DNA of 20,000 nt, taken from the IMG/VR virus record IMGVR_UViG_3300028805_000004; one strand, given 5' to 3'. Origin of the DNA: an uncultured virus (IMG/VR IMGVR_UViG_3300028805_000004). Its lineage: Duplodnaviria; Heunggongvirae; Uroviricota; Caudoviricetes. A program made the position numbers and the translations under genes. This document shows, piece after piece, positions 1 to 9,227 of the stretch; the stretch's first letter is position 1, and each line of letters opens with the position of its first letter. Under the pieces are notes generated by a model. The model worked only from the letters and a program-made list of their open reading frames with translations. It ran no database searches and was not told the origin of the DNA.

Positions 1-2918
1 ATGCCGTCAACCATGGCAGAGACACGACTTAGAATGTTGGCCTGGAAGAACTCCTTAACGACCCCAAGCAACCTGGAAAGGTCTCCTCTAAGGTCACTAA
101 ATATCTTAAGCTGAGACAGACTGTCAAACACACCGTCAAGATGCATCAACTCAAGTAGAGACCGACCGAGTTTCTTGAAAGCATTAGACACACCAGCGAT
201 TAGTTTGTCGTATTCGATCCAGTTTTTGATGCCATATGTGAACGGAATTAACAAACGCTGGAAAGCCTCTTTCAAAACTCTAAGTTTTTCAGACATGGCT
301 CCAACACTGGCGTCACCGAAAAACACATACTGAACTGCTTCGCCAAACTCTAAAAAAGAATATCGGACACGGTCAATAAAATCTGTGATTGAAGTGGAGA
401 ACTTAAATGCATTCGCAAGGCTCTCTCCAAGATTCTTAAATTGCGTTCCCAATCCTTTTAAGAATAGAGGCATTCCTTCAGGTCCAAATATCCACTTTAA
501 GTCATCCCATACTACGTGACACCAAGCGCTTACTGTATCAAACCAGTCGATAATCCAGCTATCTTCAAGTGCCTTGTAAATATCCTGTCCAAACGTAGCA
601 AAAGCCTGCCTGTAGCCTCTTGTAGCCTGCTCTATACTTGAGCCAATGACACTGAAGAAGTGACCAATATCCTGACCTACAGCTTTGAAGTTGATACCCG
701 TGAGCCTGTAAAGGTCGGCATTTAAAATGTTTAAAGCCCCTTTGACGCCCTTAACAATTTTAGGAACGTCCACCTGGAAATAGGAGAACATCTCTTTGAG
801 ATCTTTGATGCTTCCACCAGGGATCAAATGACCAAATATTGATGAAATTGCACCAAAGAAGCCGTCTTCCCACATAAAGACCTCGTCCAGCTTGGCTTTG
901 AGATCCTCAAAAGGTTTCTTAAGATTTTTAACGAATTCTCCTATGCTGCTCGAGCCTCTAAAAGCTTCGATGGCAGCCTTACCAAAGTCTGCAAGTGCAC
1001 TGGCAGTTCCGCTAATTGTATCCGGAATAACACTTGTGAAGAACGATCCGACCATCTGACCGGTGATGTTGTTCCACTTAACGATCCAGTCGATGAAGTC
1101 ACCAAGACCAGAATCTTTAATAACGTTCTGGATGCTTCTCTTGAACTTGTCAAATATCACAGATAACTTCACGAAGAAGGGGATAACCGTGTTCTTGGCC
1201 TTCTCGAACGTGCCGACTATGAACCTCTCGGCAGTAGCACCAAGGTTTACAAGAGTTTGGGCCAAGGCGTTTGGAAAAGTGACAATATCTTTCTCAAAGA
1301 ACTTGACAAACTGCTTTGACGCCTTTCCAAAAGTTTTGGTAAATTTTTCCACCGGGGAAAATAAGGACTGAAAAGTTCTCGCCATGTTCCCGGTGATCAA
1401 AAATATTGCTCGGACGATGGAACCGACCAACTTCAACGCTGTAGGTAACACAGCCCCAAAGACACTCCCAATAAGCTTTCCAATAGTGACAATCGGGAAT
1501 ATAAGCATCTTAAAGGTGTCGCGAATGTCCGTTGCGAACTCGTCAGAGATTCTGATGCTGCCAGCGGCCATCATAAAGCTATGCGACAGAGTAGCAAGCC
1601 TGATGCCAAGAACCTTAACAGATGGCAAGAAGTAATCAAGAGCTTCGCCAATTGGCTTCATAAGGCCCGTGAAAGCACGCCATAACGCTGTAATACCAGC
1701 AAGCATGTCGTCACGGCCACCACGAGCCTTCCAGACCTTAAGGATGCCGTTTCGAACTTCACCGATAGCTCCGATTGTTCCAGAGAGAACGTTGTTGAGT
1801 CCTGTCCAAAGCTTTTTCGCCTCATCAAGGTTACCAAATATAAGTTCGAAGGTCGTTGCCCAACCAGAACCAATGGCTTCCTGAAGAGAATCCATCATCA
1901 TGGAATACGACTTAACATCCTGAGCTGCATCGAAAGATGCTTTGCCGAGTTCTTCGATTTTATCGATCTGTTCGTCGGTGTAGTGAAGACCGACCATCTT
2001 TTCGCGCCAGAGTTTATACTCGTCGTCAGTCATCTCCCTAACATCAGTAGAGTAGTTTGACAGGGTCTGGGTAAGAACATCAGAAGTCATCCACAAAGAT
2101 GAAAGTGAATCGTTGAACATGGACGTCGCAGTGAATGCCTCAGACACATGTCCGTTGGCGTCCGTAGTCGTCGAAATATACTTGTCGCCTTCTTTTCGAA
2201 CAGTACCCATTGCTACGGCTGTATCAAGCAGTGACTGTTTGAATTCGACAGTTGCCATATTGGCGTTTTCGATCGATTTCCAGTCAATAAGCTTGACTGC
2301 ACCAGATGATAACGCCTGGGAGAAGTTATACATCGCAGCAGAAGCCTGTTGAGCGTTAGCACCAGATCGAGCAGCTTCATTCGAAATACCCTGGATAGCC
2401 TTAACAGCATCGTCCAGCTTGACACCGGCGTTGGTGAACTTACCAATCGAGGATGTCATGTCTGAAAAGCTGTAGATAGTCTTATCGGAGTAAGTGTTCA
2501 GTTCCTCGAGGTACTTATTGACCTCTTCCATCGAAGCTCCAGAACCTGCCATAATGGTTTGGACAGACCCCATTTTGAGCTCGTACTCTTTAAAACCACC
2601 AGTGATCTGGTCAATAGAGAGGGACTTAGCCATACTGGTTGCCCAGTTAGCTGCCTTGGACTTGATGTTGTCGAAGACGTGCCCAACAAAGGACTCCATG
2701 AACTGGAATCGGTTGTTGATCTCTTCAACGCTCTTGGCAATTGCCGAGAAGTCAACGTTATTTGCCGCTTTCTGGAGACCGCTAAGGGCCTGACCTGCAT
2801 CTTGGAGTTTCAAACCCTCATCAAGTTTCTTGAGGTCCTGGAGTGTAGCCTCAACACCTCTCGAGAAGTCATCATGGTTGAATTTCATCTCAACTATTCT
2901 GTTCTCGATTTCGCTCAT
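1..2918 (-). CDS. Tail tape measure protein, N-terminal ~972 aa (runs off the left edge; absent from the supplied ORF track)
   Basis: Translated by hand from ATG 2916-2918 (ATGA overlap with the upstream stop; RBS GGAGGAGGTG about 2927-2936): MSEIENRIVEMKFNHDDFSRGVEATLQDLKKL...GGFKEYELKMGSVQTIMAG...LEELNTYSDKTIYSFSDMTSSIGKFTNAGVKLDDAVKAIQGISNEAARSGANAQQASAAMYNFSQALSSGAVKLIDWKSIENANM. This is a tape-measure domain followed by long amphipathic helical sequence with periodic F/W. No stop was seen down to position 3. It lies downstream of the tail genes. Confidence 0.93.
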   Translation of the reverse strand, partial: MSEIENRIVEMKFNHDDFSRGVEATLQDLKKLDEGLKLQDAGQALSGLQKAANNVDFSAIAKSVEEINNRFQFMESFVGHVFDNIKSKAANWATSMAKSLSIDQITGGFKEYELKMGSVQTIMAGSGASMEEVNKYLEELNTYSDKTIYSFSDMTSSIGKFTNAGVKLDDAVKAIQGISNEAARSGANAQQASAAMYNFSQALSSGAVKLIDWKSIENANMATVEFKQSLLDTAVAMGTVRKEGDKYISTTTDANGHVSEAFTATSMFNDSLSSLWMTSDVLTQTLSNYSTDVREMTDDEYKLWREKMVGLHYTDEQIDKIEELGKASFDAAQDVKSYSMMMDSLQEAIGSGWATTFELIFGNLDEAKKLWTGLNNVLSGTIGAIGEVRNGILKVWKARGGRDDMLAGITALWRAFTGLMKPIGEALDYFLPSVKVLGIRLATLSHSFMMAAGSIRISDEFATDIRDTFKMLIFPIVTIGKLIGSVFGAVLPTALKLVGSIVRAIFLITGNMARTFQSLFSPVEKFTKTFGKASKQFVKFFEKDIVTFPNALAQTLVNLGATAERFIVGTFEKAKNTVIPFFVKLSVIFDKFKRSIQNVIKDSGLGDFIDWIVKWNNITGQMVGSFFTSVIPDTISGTASALADFGKAAIEAFRGSSSIGEFVKNLKKPFEDLKAKLDEVFMWEDGFFGAISSIFGHLIPGGSIKDLKEMFSYFQVDVPKIVKGVKGALNILNADLYRLTGINFKAVGQDIGHFFSVIGSSIEQATRGYRQAFATFGQDIYKALEDSWIIDWFDTVSAWCHVVWDDLKWIFGPEGMPLFLKGLGTQFKNLGESLANAFKFSTSITDFIDRVRYSFLEFGEAVQYVFFGDASVGAMSEKLRVLKEAFQRLLIPFTYGIKNWIEYDKLIAGVSNAFKKLGRSLLELMHLDGVFDSLSQLKIFSDLRGDLSRLLGVVKEFFQANILSRVSAMVDG

Positions 2919-3310
2919 GAGCGTTTCACCTCCTCCCATGCAGACTTAGCTATCTTGTCAAAGATCGGTTTAAGAGCAGGGTTAATGAAATCTATGCCCT
3001 GTACATAACCGCCTGTACCTGTCATATGCCCATACTGGAGTAATAGAACTATTGGTATGGACTTATTGTTTGAAGAATTGACCCATCTAAGGGTCACAGA
3101 ATCAGTAGTCCTCTCAATCTCGTAAGACCAGGAATCTGCTGTTTCACCGGTTCGGACCGGGGTAGCTGCACGTAAGGCCTCTACCCCTTCCTGACCGTAC
3201 TTGTCCAGCGAAGAAAGGAACGAAAGACGCTGGGCAGTTTTTAGGAAGTTTCTGGTTTTCTTCCAGTCTCCCTTGTATGAAAAAGTGATAGACGGCATGG
3301 ATCTAGCCAC
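2915..3310 (-). CDS. HK97 gp10-like tail completion/neck protein
   Basis: 131 aa with the motif 'LRAATPVRTGETADSW' (the PVxTG..xxSW pattern of the gp10 family), 'LLQYGH.TGTG' and 'FINPAL'. AAGGAGGT lies 7 nt before the GTG at 3310. Confidence 0.75.
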   Translation of the reverse strand: MARSMPSITFSYKGDWKKTRNFLKTAQRLSFLSSLDKYGQEGVEALRAATPVRTGETADSWSYEIERTTDSVTLRWVNSSNNKSIPIVLLLQYGHMTGTGGYVQGIDFINPALKPIFDKIAKSAWEEVKRS

Positions 3311-3315
3311 AGCGT

Positions 3316-3858
3316 TTACCTCCTTTTTCCTCGTCGTCTTTGTTTCAGAGCTCTCATACGTGCGATGTTTTCGTCTTTTGACAGTTTCTTCTTAGGAGCG
3401 CTTTCTCGGTTACAATACTCGACAAGGGCTCTAAGACTGTTAAAGTTCCACTTTTCGCACTCGAGTGGTATGTTGTTCTGAAACATCTGAAAATATATGG
3501 TTTCCGCACTAACAAATTTACCAGTACCGTGACGTTGTCCAGGAAGCTCTTTGAAGGTTGCTGCCGTAGCAGGATCATTTATGTACTCTTCAATTTGTTT
3601 CAAATTGTCGTTGGTAAGGGCAAAATACACTAGCGGATTTACATTCTTGGTTAAAGTCATGAAACGTACGTAATCTCGCATCTGTTCTTTGGTTTTCTCA
3701 TTAACCTCATCGAGAAATGGTACCTTCCATTTTGATTCCCACAACCGAATTCCATACAGCGAGTGCTCAAGCCTGAGCGTTGTCTCAGGGACATTGATGA
3801 ATGAGCCTGTTCGCTGGTCGTAGAACTCCCGTCCGGGCACAGTGATTGTGAGAGGCAT
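3316..3858 (-). CDS. Tail assembly chaperone-like protein (second of pair)
   Basis: 180 aa with its own RBS (AAGGAG about 3865-3870). It lies between the major tail protein and the tape measure and has a basic C-terminus. Function is assigned from position only. Confidence 0.6.
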   Translation of the reverse strand: MPLTITVPGREFYDQRTGSFINVPETTLRLEHSLYGIRLWESKWKVPFLDEVNEKTKEQMRDYVRFMTLTKNVNPLVYFALTNDNLKQIEEYINDPATAATFKELPGQRHGTGKFVSAETIYFQMFQNNIPLECEKWNFNSLRALVEYCNRESAPKKKLSKDENIARMRALKQRRRGKRR

Positions 3859-3868
3859 GACTTACTCC

Positions 3869-4306
3869 TTAATTAACCGGCTTGATGTCAGCAGACACCT
3901 TTGCAATAGCTGCATTAAACTCAGCATCATCGATATCGACAGCATCCTCGACGACACCTCTGATGAAATCTGCTGCCAGCTTAGCATCGGTAGCCAGATC
4001 CATGTAGATCATGGAGAAGGCCGGTGTGGAAACGAACTGCTCCACGTATTCCGGAAGCTTCGAGAAGCGGGTACCGAACTTGGGATCGAATACCTTCTGG
4101 CCGTAAGAAGCCAACAGAATCTTCTTGAAGAATCCGATGATCTCACCGCCATCGTTGGTCTTCTGAATACTCTCGATGTATCGGACAAGTCCGCCCGGAG
4201 AAGTGAAGTTCAGCTCGACGATCTCCTGCTTGGAAAGGCTGAAATAGAAGTCATTCGTCATTTCATTGCCGTCGTAGTCTTTGTAAGTCTTGGTAATCTT
4301 AAACAT
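3869..4306 (-). CDS. Tail assembly chaperone (145 aa; start moved from the ORF-track 4435 to ATG 4306)
   Basis: AAAGGAGAG lies just upstream of ATG 4304-4306 (MFKITKTYKDYDGNEMTNDFYFSLSK). The longer ORF-track extension merely reads through an AT-rich palindromic spacer. It is the gene directly after the major tail protein. Confidence 0.7.
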   Translation of the reverse strand: MFKITKTYKDYDGNEMTNDFYFSLSKQEIVELNFTSPGGLVRYIESIQKTNDGGEIIGFFKKILLASYGQKVFDPKFGTRFSKLPEYVEQFVSTPAFSMIYMDLATDAKLAADFIRGVVEDAVDIDDAEFNAAIAKVSADIKPVN

Positions 4307-4331
4307 TGTGGTCTCTCCTTTTAATTTTGTG

Positions 4332-4456
4332 AAAAAATGCCAAAAATACCAAAAAACCACTCGTTTTCTACTTTCTCCCTGAAAAAACATATACTTTTTC
4401 AGAAACTTTATGAAAAGTAAGTGGTTTTTTGGCATTTTTTAGGTATTATTGGTATT
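4332..4456. repeat. AT-rich nested inverted-repeat element in the major tail-chaperone spacer
   Basis: There is a perfect 13-bp inverted repeat CCAAAAAACCACT (4349-4361) / AGTGGTTTTTTGG (4420-4432), extended outward by tandem ~9-nt AAAAAT(G/A)CC units. An inner hairpin CTGAAAAA (4379-4386) / TTTTTCAG (4395-4402) sits between the arms. Confidence 0.85.
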
Positions 4457-4458
4457 AA

Positions 4459-5124
4459 TTACTTCGCAGCCTTGACAGCAGCGAGAAGAACTTCCGGTGC
4501 CGGAAGGGTCGGTTCAGCCTGCTCTGTACCGTAAAGCAGATCCTCAACGGCCTTCATAGCAGCCTCAGTGAGCTTCGTGGAATCGAACTCAAGAGTTGCG
4601 ACCTTATAGGTCTTATTGTCGTACACGAAGGTGACCTTCTCGGTATCGAACTCATAGCTGAGCGTCTGAGCTTCCGGAGACTCGTTGGTAGTCTCATCGG
4701 TCTGATCGGACGGAGCCGCCGTAGCATTGTACACAACCTTGATCTTGTAGCCGTAGTCCAGGCCCTTGACATCGTTGCCGACTTTCGATCTGTATGCGAA
4801 GCCGAATTTACGTCTGATCTGCTGCCCAAGGCTTACGCCCTCGAGAGCCAGAATGCCATCACAAATATCAAACTCATCCGGAGTGTTGAAGCACTCGATC
4901 GTGCCGGAACATTCCTCCTCGGAACGAATATCAGCATAAACGCCGTTGTCAGCATACTGCTTATTGGCCTCAGCACCAGACGGGGAAATGGCAACCGAGA
5001 TGAGACCATTCCATGCAACTCCATTTGCGTACACACCGGTGTCGTCCATGACGTAAAGTGCGCCCCAGTCACAACCTGTGAAGAAGCGCTTTACACCGGT
5101 TTCACCCCATTTCATCTTAGCCAT
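4459..5124 (-). CDS. Major tail (tube) protein
   Basis: 221 aa with 'GVAWNGLISVAISPSGAEANKQYADNG', 'ETTNESPEAQTLSYEF' and a C-terminal 'LYG...PTLPAP', typical of siphovirus tail tube proteins. RBS AGGAGG at 5132-5137. Confidence 0.9.
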   Translation of the reverse strand: MAKMKWGETGVKRFFTGCDWGALYVMDDTGVYANGVAWNGLISVAISPSGAEANKQYADNGVYADIRSEEECSGTIECFNTPDEFDICDGILALEGVSLGQQIRRKFGFAYRSKVGNDVKGLDYGYKIKVVYNATAAPSDQTDETTNESPEAQTLSYEFDTEKVTFVYDNKTYKVATLEFDSTKLTEAAMKAVEDLLYGTEQAEPTLPAPEVLLAAVKAAK

Positions 5125-5135
5125 AGTTGAACCTC

Positions 5136-5444
5136 CTAATAATAGAGAATATAAACATCGTAGTTGTAGCCCTTAGATTCATAGTGCCGGTCGTGCCGAC
5201 AGAACCTAAAGTGCTTGCAGAATTCCTCAACAAGAGGAAGGTCGGGGTCCTTTGTGATGATAGACACGGAGTATTTGGTGTCTCCTGTGTAAATATCATC
5301 ATCTGCCCTTTTGTATTCAATCCCAGTTCTCGAGTATACGATTGCTGGGAACTTCATCTTTAACGACTCTGGCGGCTGAAAATACACGTTACTACTACCA
5401 AGGAGGGCTTCGAGCTTGGCGTGTAGTTCTAAGCGCTTACTCAT
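5136..5444 (-). CDS. Tail terminator / tail completion protein
   Basis: 102 aa containing 'NVYFQPPESLKMKFPAIVY' (the VY....P.YPxIVY pattern of tail terminators). It lies directly upstream of the major tail gene. Confidence 0.75.
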   Translation of the reverse strand: MSKRLELHAKLEALLGSSNVYFQPPESLKMKFPAIVYSRTGIEYKRADDDIYTGDTKYSVSIITKDPDLPLVEEFCKHFRFCRHDRHYESKGYNYDVYILYY

Positions 5445-5769
5445 AAAGCCCTCCTATCTGAAGCGTAATTCTCGGCCAACCAGTAGGATCCGCTGTAGAG
5501 ATTTTCCACTTGGCTCCACGGTACGTAATATAACGCATGTGAGCGAAGTTGGCTCTAGCAAACGGATCACTAATGATTGACAAAGACATGTTCAGGGAAA
5601 TATCATCATTGACCTTGGATACCTGCTGAAAGCTGCTTCCAAGCCTGGTCATTTCTCCGTAGTAGTGATGTTCTTCAATAAACTCAGAATCGTCATCTGA
5701 GCCATTATAGACGCCAGGAGCCGTTTCCTTGGTAACAAGGAAGCCGATGTTTCCTGACCACTTGCTCAT
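5437..5769 (-). CDS. Head closure (stopper) protein
   Basis: 110 aa, beta-rich, with 'MRYITYRGAKWKIS..D' resembling SPP1 gp16-like stoppers. It lies between the capsid and terminator genes. Confidence 0.7.
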   Translation of the reverse strand: MSKWSGNIGFLVTKETAPGVYNGSDDDSEFIEEHHYYGEMTRLGSSFQQVSKVNDDISLNMSLSIISDPFARANFAHMRYITYRGAKWKISTADPTGWPRITLQIGGLYE

Positions 5770-5777
5770 AGATCACC

Positions 5778-6017
5778 TCAGCTGTTAACGGCAACTGCAC
5801 CGGTGGCCACTGTATAGGTGTAGGTGCTGCCGTTACCCGCAGTGAGCGTGTAGGTAGCTGCACCGTTGGCACCTGCAACATTGGTAATGACCGTATGGAC
5901 GTTGCCGACGATCATGATCTGGCCGACCAGCTGCTCCGGGAAAAGCTTCGGCTGAATTGTACCGGCACCATCATTGATGATAAAATCGAAATCACCATTC
6001 TCTCTTCTGAGTCTCAT
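5778..6017 (-). CDS. Small Thr/Gly/Ala-rich beta protein, possible capsid decoration protein (79 aa)
   Basis: GAAGGAGGG (6025-6033) precedes ATG 6015-6017 (MRLRRENGDFD...ATYTLTAGNGSTYTYTVATG). It directly follows the capsid gene. Function is inferred from position and composition. Confidence 0.5.
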   Translation of the reverse strand: MRLRRENGDFDFIINDGAGTIQPKLFPEQLVGQIMIVGNVHTVITNVAGANGAATYTLTAGNGSTYTYTVATGAVAVNS

Positions 6018-6036
6018 AATATAACCCTCCTTCTGC

Positions 6037-7962
6037 TTACTGCTTGGTAACATAGATCGCACTGTACGGCTTGGTCAGCATGCCAGAGCACCGGCCCTCA
6101 AGCAGGTAGGAATACTGGTTGTAGTCCATATCGAACTTGTCGAAGCTGGTGATCTCGCCGCCGGCATTGGTGCCCACAGTGTAGTCCTTGAGGTTCAGGA
6201 TCAGGAGACCGAAATTCGCCGGAACGACTTCCTTCGGAATACGGACGATGCGGGTAACACCGAACGCATCTGCGATCTCGCTCTGATTCTTATACAGACG
6301 ATAACCCTGGCCGTCCTTCATGAGTCTGTAGTCAGCCAGCTGACCTTCGGTCATGAAGCACACCGTGGAACCGGAGCCCTTGTAGTCTTCGAATGCGCGG
6401 ACAGCAGTCTCAAGCATCTCATCAGCAACCTCGTACCGGGTCTTATTGCCGACAGTAACAGACTTCTTGATGGTCCAGAAGTTATCGTCGGAAATGATCG
6501 GATGGATAGAGCCCTCGTCGATCTTGTCCGGGGAAGTAGCGTCACGGCCGTCACCGAAGACGATTGCACGTGCCAGCTCTTCATTCAGCATCTTTCTCAT
6601 CTCTTTCCAGAGCCATGCGATGATGTTGAAGTTCTTGATCCGGATGATGGTCTCACGATCAAGCTTCTGGCGCTTGTAGAACATGCAGGCATCCGTGGAT
6701 CTCCGCATGAGCTTGAAGACTTCTTCCTTCTTCAGGTTGCCCTTAATATAACCACGGGCACGGGCCTCATCTTCGGTAATATCAGCCCACATGGATCTGA
6801 ACTTCTCGAACGGGACATGAGAAACACCGCCGAGAACAACCGAAACCCACTCATCATCACGAGCGATAAGCATCGGCTCCTGATTGAGGTTGTGATCCTC
6901 CGGGAACAGGTAGTCGATGTTCTCGACACCGTAGGAGTCATGCTGAAGAGCTCTGCCATTGCGGCCATCCGGGAAGAATACGGTAAGATCATTCTGTTCT
7001 CTGAACTCATCGCCATAGTCGCCATGAGCCAGGGCCATGGAAACGGCCTTCTTGAACGTGCCGGCAGCCCTCAGGTTGGTGTCATCGAAAATATCATGCT
7101 CAAGAGACTGTCTCGTCTCGATGAAAGCATCAAGGGAAAGAACGCCCTGACCACCGGCGCCCTGCTCAAACGGATTGTACTGCATGTACTCATCACCTCC
7201 AAAATCGTCATGTTCGGCTTCATCGCCGTCGTCTTCATCTTCGTCATCATCGTCAACCTGCTTCTTGATCTCGGAAGCATGGTCAACAGCATACTCAAGA
7301 GCCTGATAGAAGGCCGCCTGCTGCTCCTCATTCATGGTTGCGATAATGTCGTCGAGGGACTTTTTACCCTCAGTCTGTTTTTCAGCCACTGGCTTTTCCT
7401 CCTTTGGCTCGTCGGCATGCTCAATGACAGGCTCGACGGTGGGCTCGAGAGTGTCTTTGGCGAAGACCGAATGCTCGAGCGCGTTGTTATAGAAATAAAA
7501 ATCCCCAGACTCATCATCCGGGGTATAAGATCCATCAGCATGCTGGATTGACGGATACTCGATATAAGCGCCCTCGTTTGCGCCGGCAAGAACAAGGCTT
7601 ACCTCTCGGATGTTACCGTGGTAAACGTTTCCACCGGATTCACGGAGCTGGTTGGCATAGATAGAAAGTGCTGTAACAACACCTTCTTCGATAAGCCCTT
7701 TGGCTTTCTGTCCATCAGCGCTGTGACTCAGAAGGCCATACATGTACATACCTTCCGGCCGACTTTCAAGAAGACCCTTGCCGACTACAGCGTCGAGGTC
7801 TTTGTGGTTATGCTGATAGACGATCGGGACGATCTTGCCGTTGCAGTCGTCAAATGCGCTCTGCTTAATGGTTCGACCATCCGCACACTTAATGTTGAAA
7901 CGTGTTGCCCACCCAGCGAAATCATAGTTTGTCGCTGAGGGGTTCTTATACACATCCCCCAT
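6037..7962 (-). CDS. Prohead protease - scaffold - major capsid protein fusion (641 aa)
   Basis: GAGGAGG (7971-7977) precedes ATG 7960-7962. The N-terminus is an HK97-type prohead protease (FAGWATRFN...IVYQHNH...ALSI...IREVSLVLAGANEGA, with candidate catalytic His/Ser/Glu). It is followed by an acidic linker (DDDDEDEDDGDE) and a ~300-aa HK97-fold capsid region (EELARAIVFGDG; KDYTVGT; FDMDYNQYSYLLEGR). Confidence 0.92.
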   Translation of the reverse strand: MGDVYKNPSATNYDFAGWATRFNIKCADGRTIKQSAFDDCNGKIVPIVYQHNHKDLDAVVGKGLLESRPEGMYMYGLLSHSADGQKAKGLIEEGVVTALSIYANQLRESGGNVYHGNIREVSLVLAGANEGAYIEYPSIQHADGSYTPDDESGDFYFYNNALEHSVFAKDTLEPTVEPVIEHADEPKEEKPVAEKQTEGKKSLDDIIATMNEEQQAAFYQALEYAVDHASEIKKQVDDDDEDEDDGDEAEHDDFGGDEYMQYNPFEQGAGGQGVLSLDAFIETRQSLEHDIFDDTNLRAAGTFKKAVSMALAHGDYGDEFREQNDLTVFFPDGRNGRALQHDSYGVENIDYLFPEDHNLNQEPMLIARDDEWVSVVLGGVSHVPFEKFRSMWADITEDEARARGYIKGNLKKEEVFKLMRRSTDACMFYKRQKLDRETIIRIKNFNIIAWLWKEMRKMLNEELARAIVFGDGRDATSPDKIDEGSIHPIISDDNFWTIKKSVTVGNKTRYEVADEMLETAVRAFEDYKGSGSTVCFMTEGQLADYRLMKDGQGYRLYKNQSEIADAFGVTRIVRIPKEVVPANFGLLILNLKDYTVGTNAGGEITSFDKFDMDYNQYSYLLEGRCSGMLTKPYSAIYVTKQ

Positions 7963-7978
7963 TTTGAATTCCTCCTCT

Positions 7979-9214
7979 CTACTGTTTTTCAACAGGTTCT
8001 TCCTCCTGGGCTGGAGGTTGTTTCTGAGCTTCAGCTTCTGCCGACTGGTTGATGTTCTTGTTTCTCAGTTCATCAGCACCAGGATCCTTAGAAGGAACAA
8101 GACCAAGAATCTGCCTGAACTCGTTAGAAGACATAATCTCATTACGAGTAAGCTTATCCGCAAGGTCTGCAAGCTGAGTTGTCGGAACGAGCTTGAACGG
8201 TTCCCTAAAGAAAAGAATAGACTGCCTCTGAGTACGAGCGGTCTTACTAAGGAACTTCCATCTCATACTATCACAGATAGCTGAAACGAAAGGTTCAAGT
8301 ATTCGGTTCTGGTATTCGAGTTTCTGGTCGTCAGTGGCAGTACCATCAAGGATAGCCTGAGAAAAGCCAATCTGACTGAATACCTGGTTTGTGAAGTACT
8401 CAACCTGTGAAAGCATCTTGTTTTCAATGGCTCGGTTGAGCTGGATGACATGCTCAGTTCCGTCGATGTATGCTACACCGTATTCGGAATCGGCAAGCTG
8501 CGATTTGAGGTCGTCTCTACGCTGCTTTGCCCTTGCCTGCTGAAGCTCTGTGCGTGCACTATAGGGTACCTGGATGATAAGATCAAGCTTATTGGATGCC
8601 GATTGTTCGTCAATCGTATCAAGCAAGTCGAGTTTCCTAATTAGACGCTGCAATGTGGAATTGTACTCATTCATCACAGAATATAACGGATTCTCAACGA
8701 TTGCCGTGATGGATTTGGGAACAACAATCTCCTCAAACTCACACTTATCTTCGTTGTACACACGCACTCTTATGTGTTCTGGAAACCATTCCAGAATCTT
8801 GCCAACCTTCAAGGCCTGAATATCAAAGGATGTCGTCTCTGGATTGAAGTCTGCCCTTGTGATAACAATAGCAACTACTCCTTCATCCATCATAGACATG
8901 ACAACATCCTTGATGAACGCTCTACCTGTCTGATCCCGGTTGGCATTTAAAGTCAGACAGTTGTTAAGACCAGAGTTGATCGGTTCCAGGAATCTATTGT
9001 TTTCGTCCAAACGGACGTGTTTTATAGAAATCTGAGACACGTCAACCGCGATTCTGGTCATAAACGATGCAAGAATAGAGCGCTGGTTCTCTCTTTTCAG
9101 GCGAATTCGATCCGGTCGAGAACCACCTCCGTATCCGCCACGTGAAATATAAGGCGTCGGGTCGCGGCCCAAGAAAGCATTCCACGCATGTTGTAGTCTT
9201 TCACCAAAACCCAT
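7979..9214 (-). CDS. Portal protein (411 aa; start moved from the ORF-track 9448 to ATG 9214)
   Basis: AGGAGGT (9223-9229) precedes ATG 9212-9214 (MGFGERLQHAWNAF). It has HK97-family portal features (RIAVDVSQI, L...ANRDQTG..F, IMSSNEFRQILGLVP) and lies directly upstream of the protease gene. Confidence 0.9.
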   Translation of the reverse strand: MGFGERLQHAWNAFLGRDPTPYISRGGYGGGSRPDRIRLKRENQRSILASFMTRIAVDVSQISIKHVRLDENNRFLEPINSGLNNCLTLNANRDQTGRAFIKDVVMSMMDEGVVAIVITRADFNPETTSFDIQALKVGKILEWFPEHIRVRVYNEDKCEFEEIVVPKSITAIVENPLYSVMNEYNSTLQRLIRKLDLLDTIDEQSASNKLDLIIQVPYSARTELQQARAKQRRDDLKSQLADSEYGVAYIDGTEHVIQLNRAIENKMLSQVEYFTNQVFSQIGFSQAILDGTATDDQKLEYQNRILEPFVSAICDSMRWKFLSKTARTQRQSILFFREPFKLVPTTQLADLADKLTRNEIMSSNEFRQILGLVPSKDPGADELRNKNINQSAEAEAQKQPPAQEEEPVEKQ

Positions 9215-9227
9215 TGTGGGGTACCTC

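Noticed and set aside
3859..3900. Programmed -1 frameshift between the two tail chaperone genes
   Set aside because: No XXXYYYZ slippery heptamer is present before the stop at 3869-3871, and the downstream gene has its own AAGGAG RBS and ATG.
6018..6062. Frameshift or read-through extension of the capsid into the 79-aa ORF
   Set aside because: The alternative frame is open briefly, but there is no slippery site and the small gene has its own strong RBS.
6502..7551. 349-aa plus-strand ORF (also 12601-13281, 18622-19188, 3842-4324 and other plus-strand ORFs)
   Set aside because: These are antisense shadows of well-supported minus-strand genes with biased codon usage. They show no recognisable motifs.
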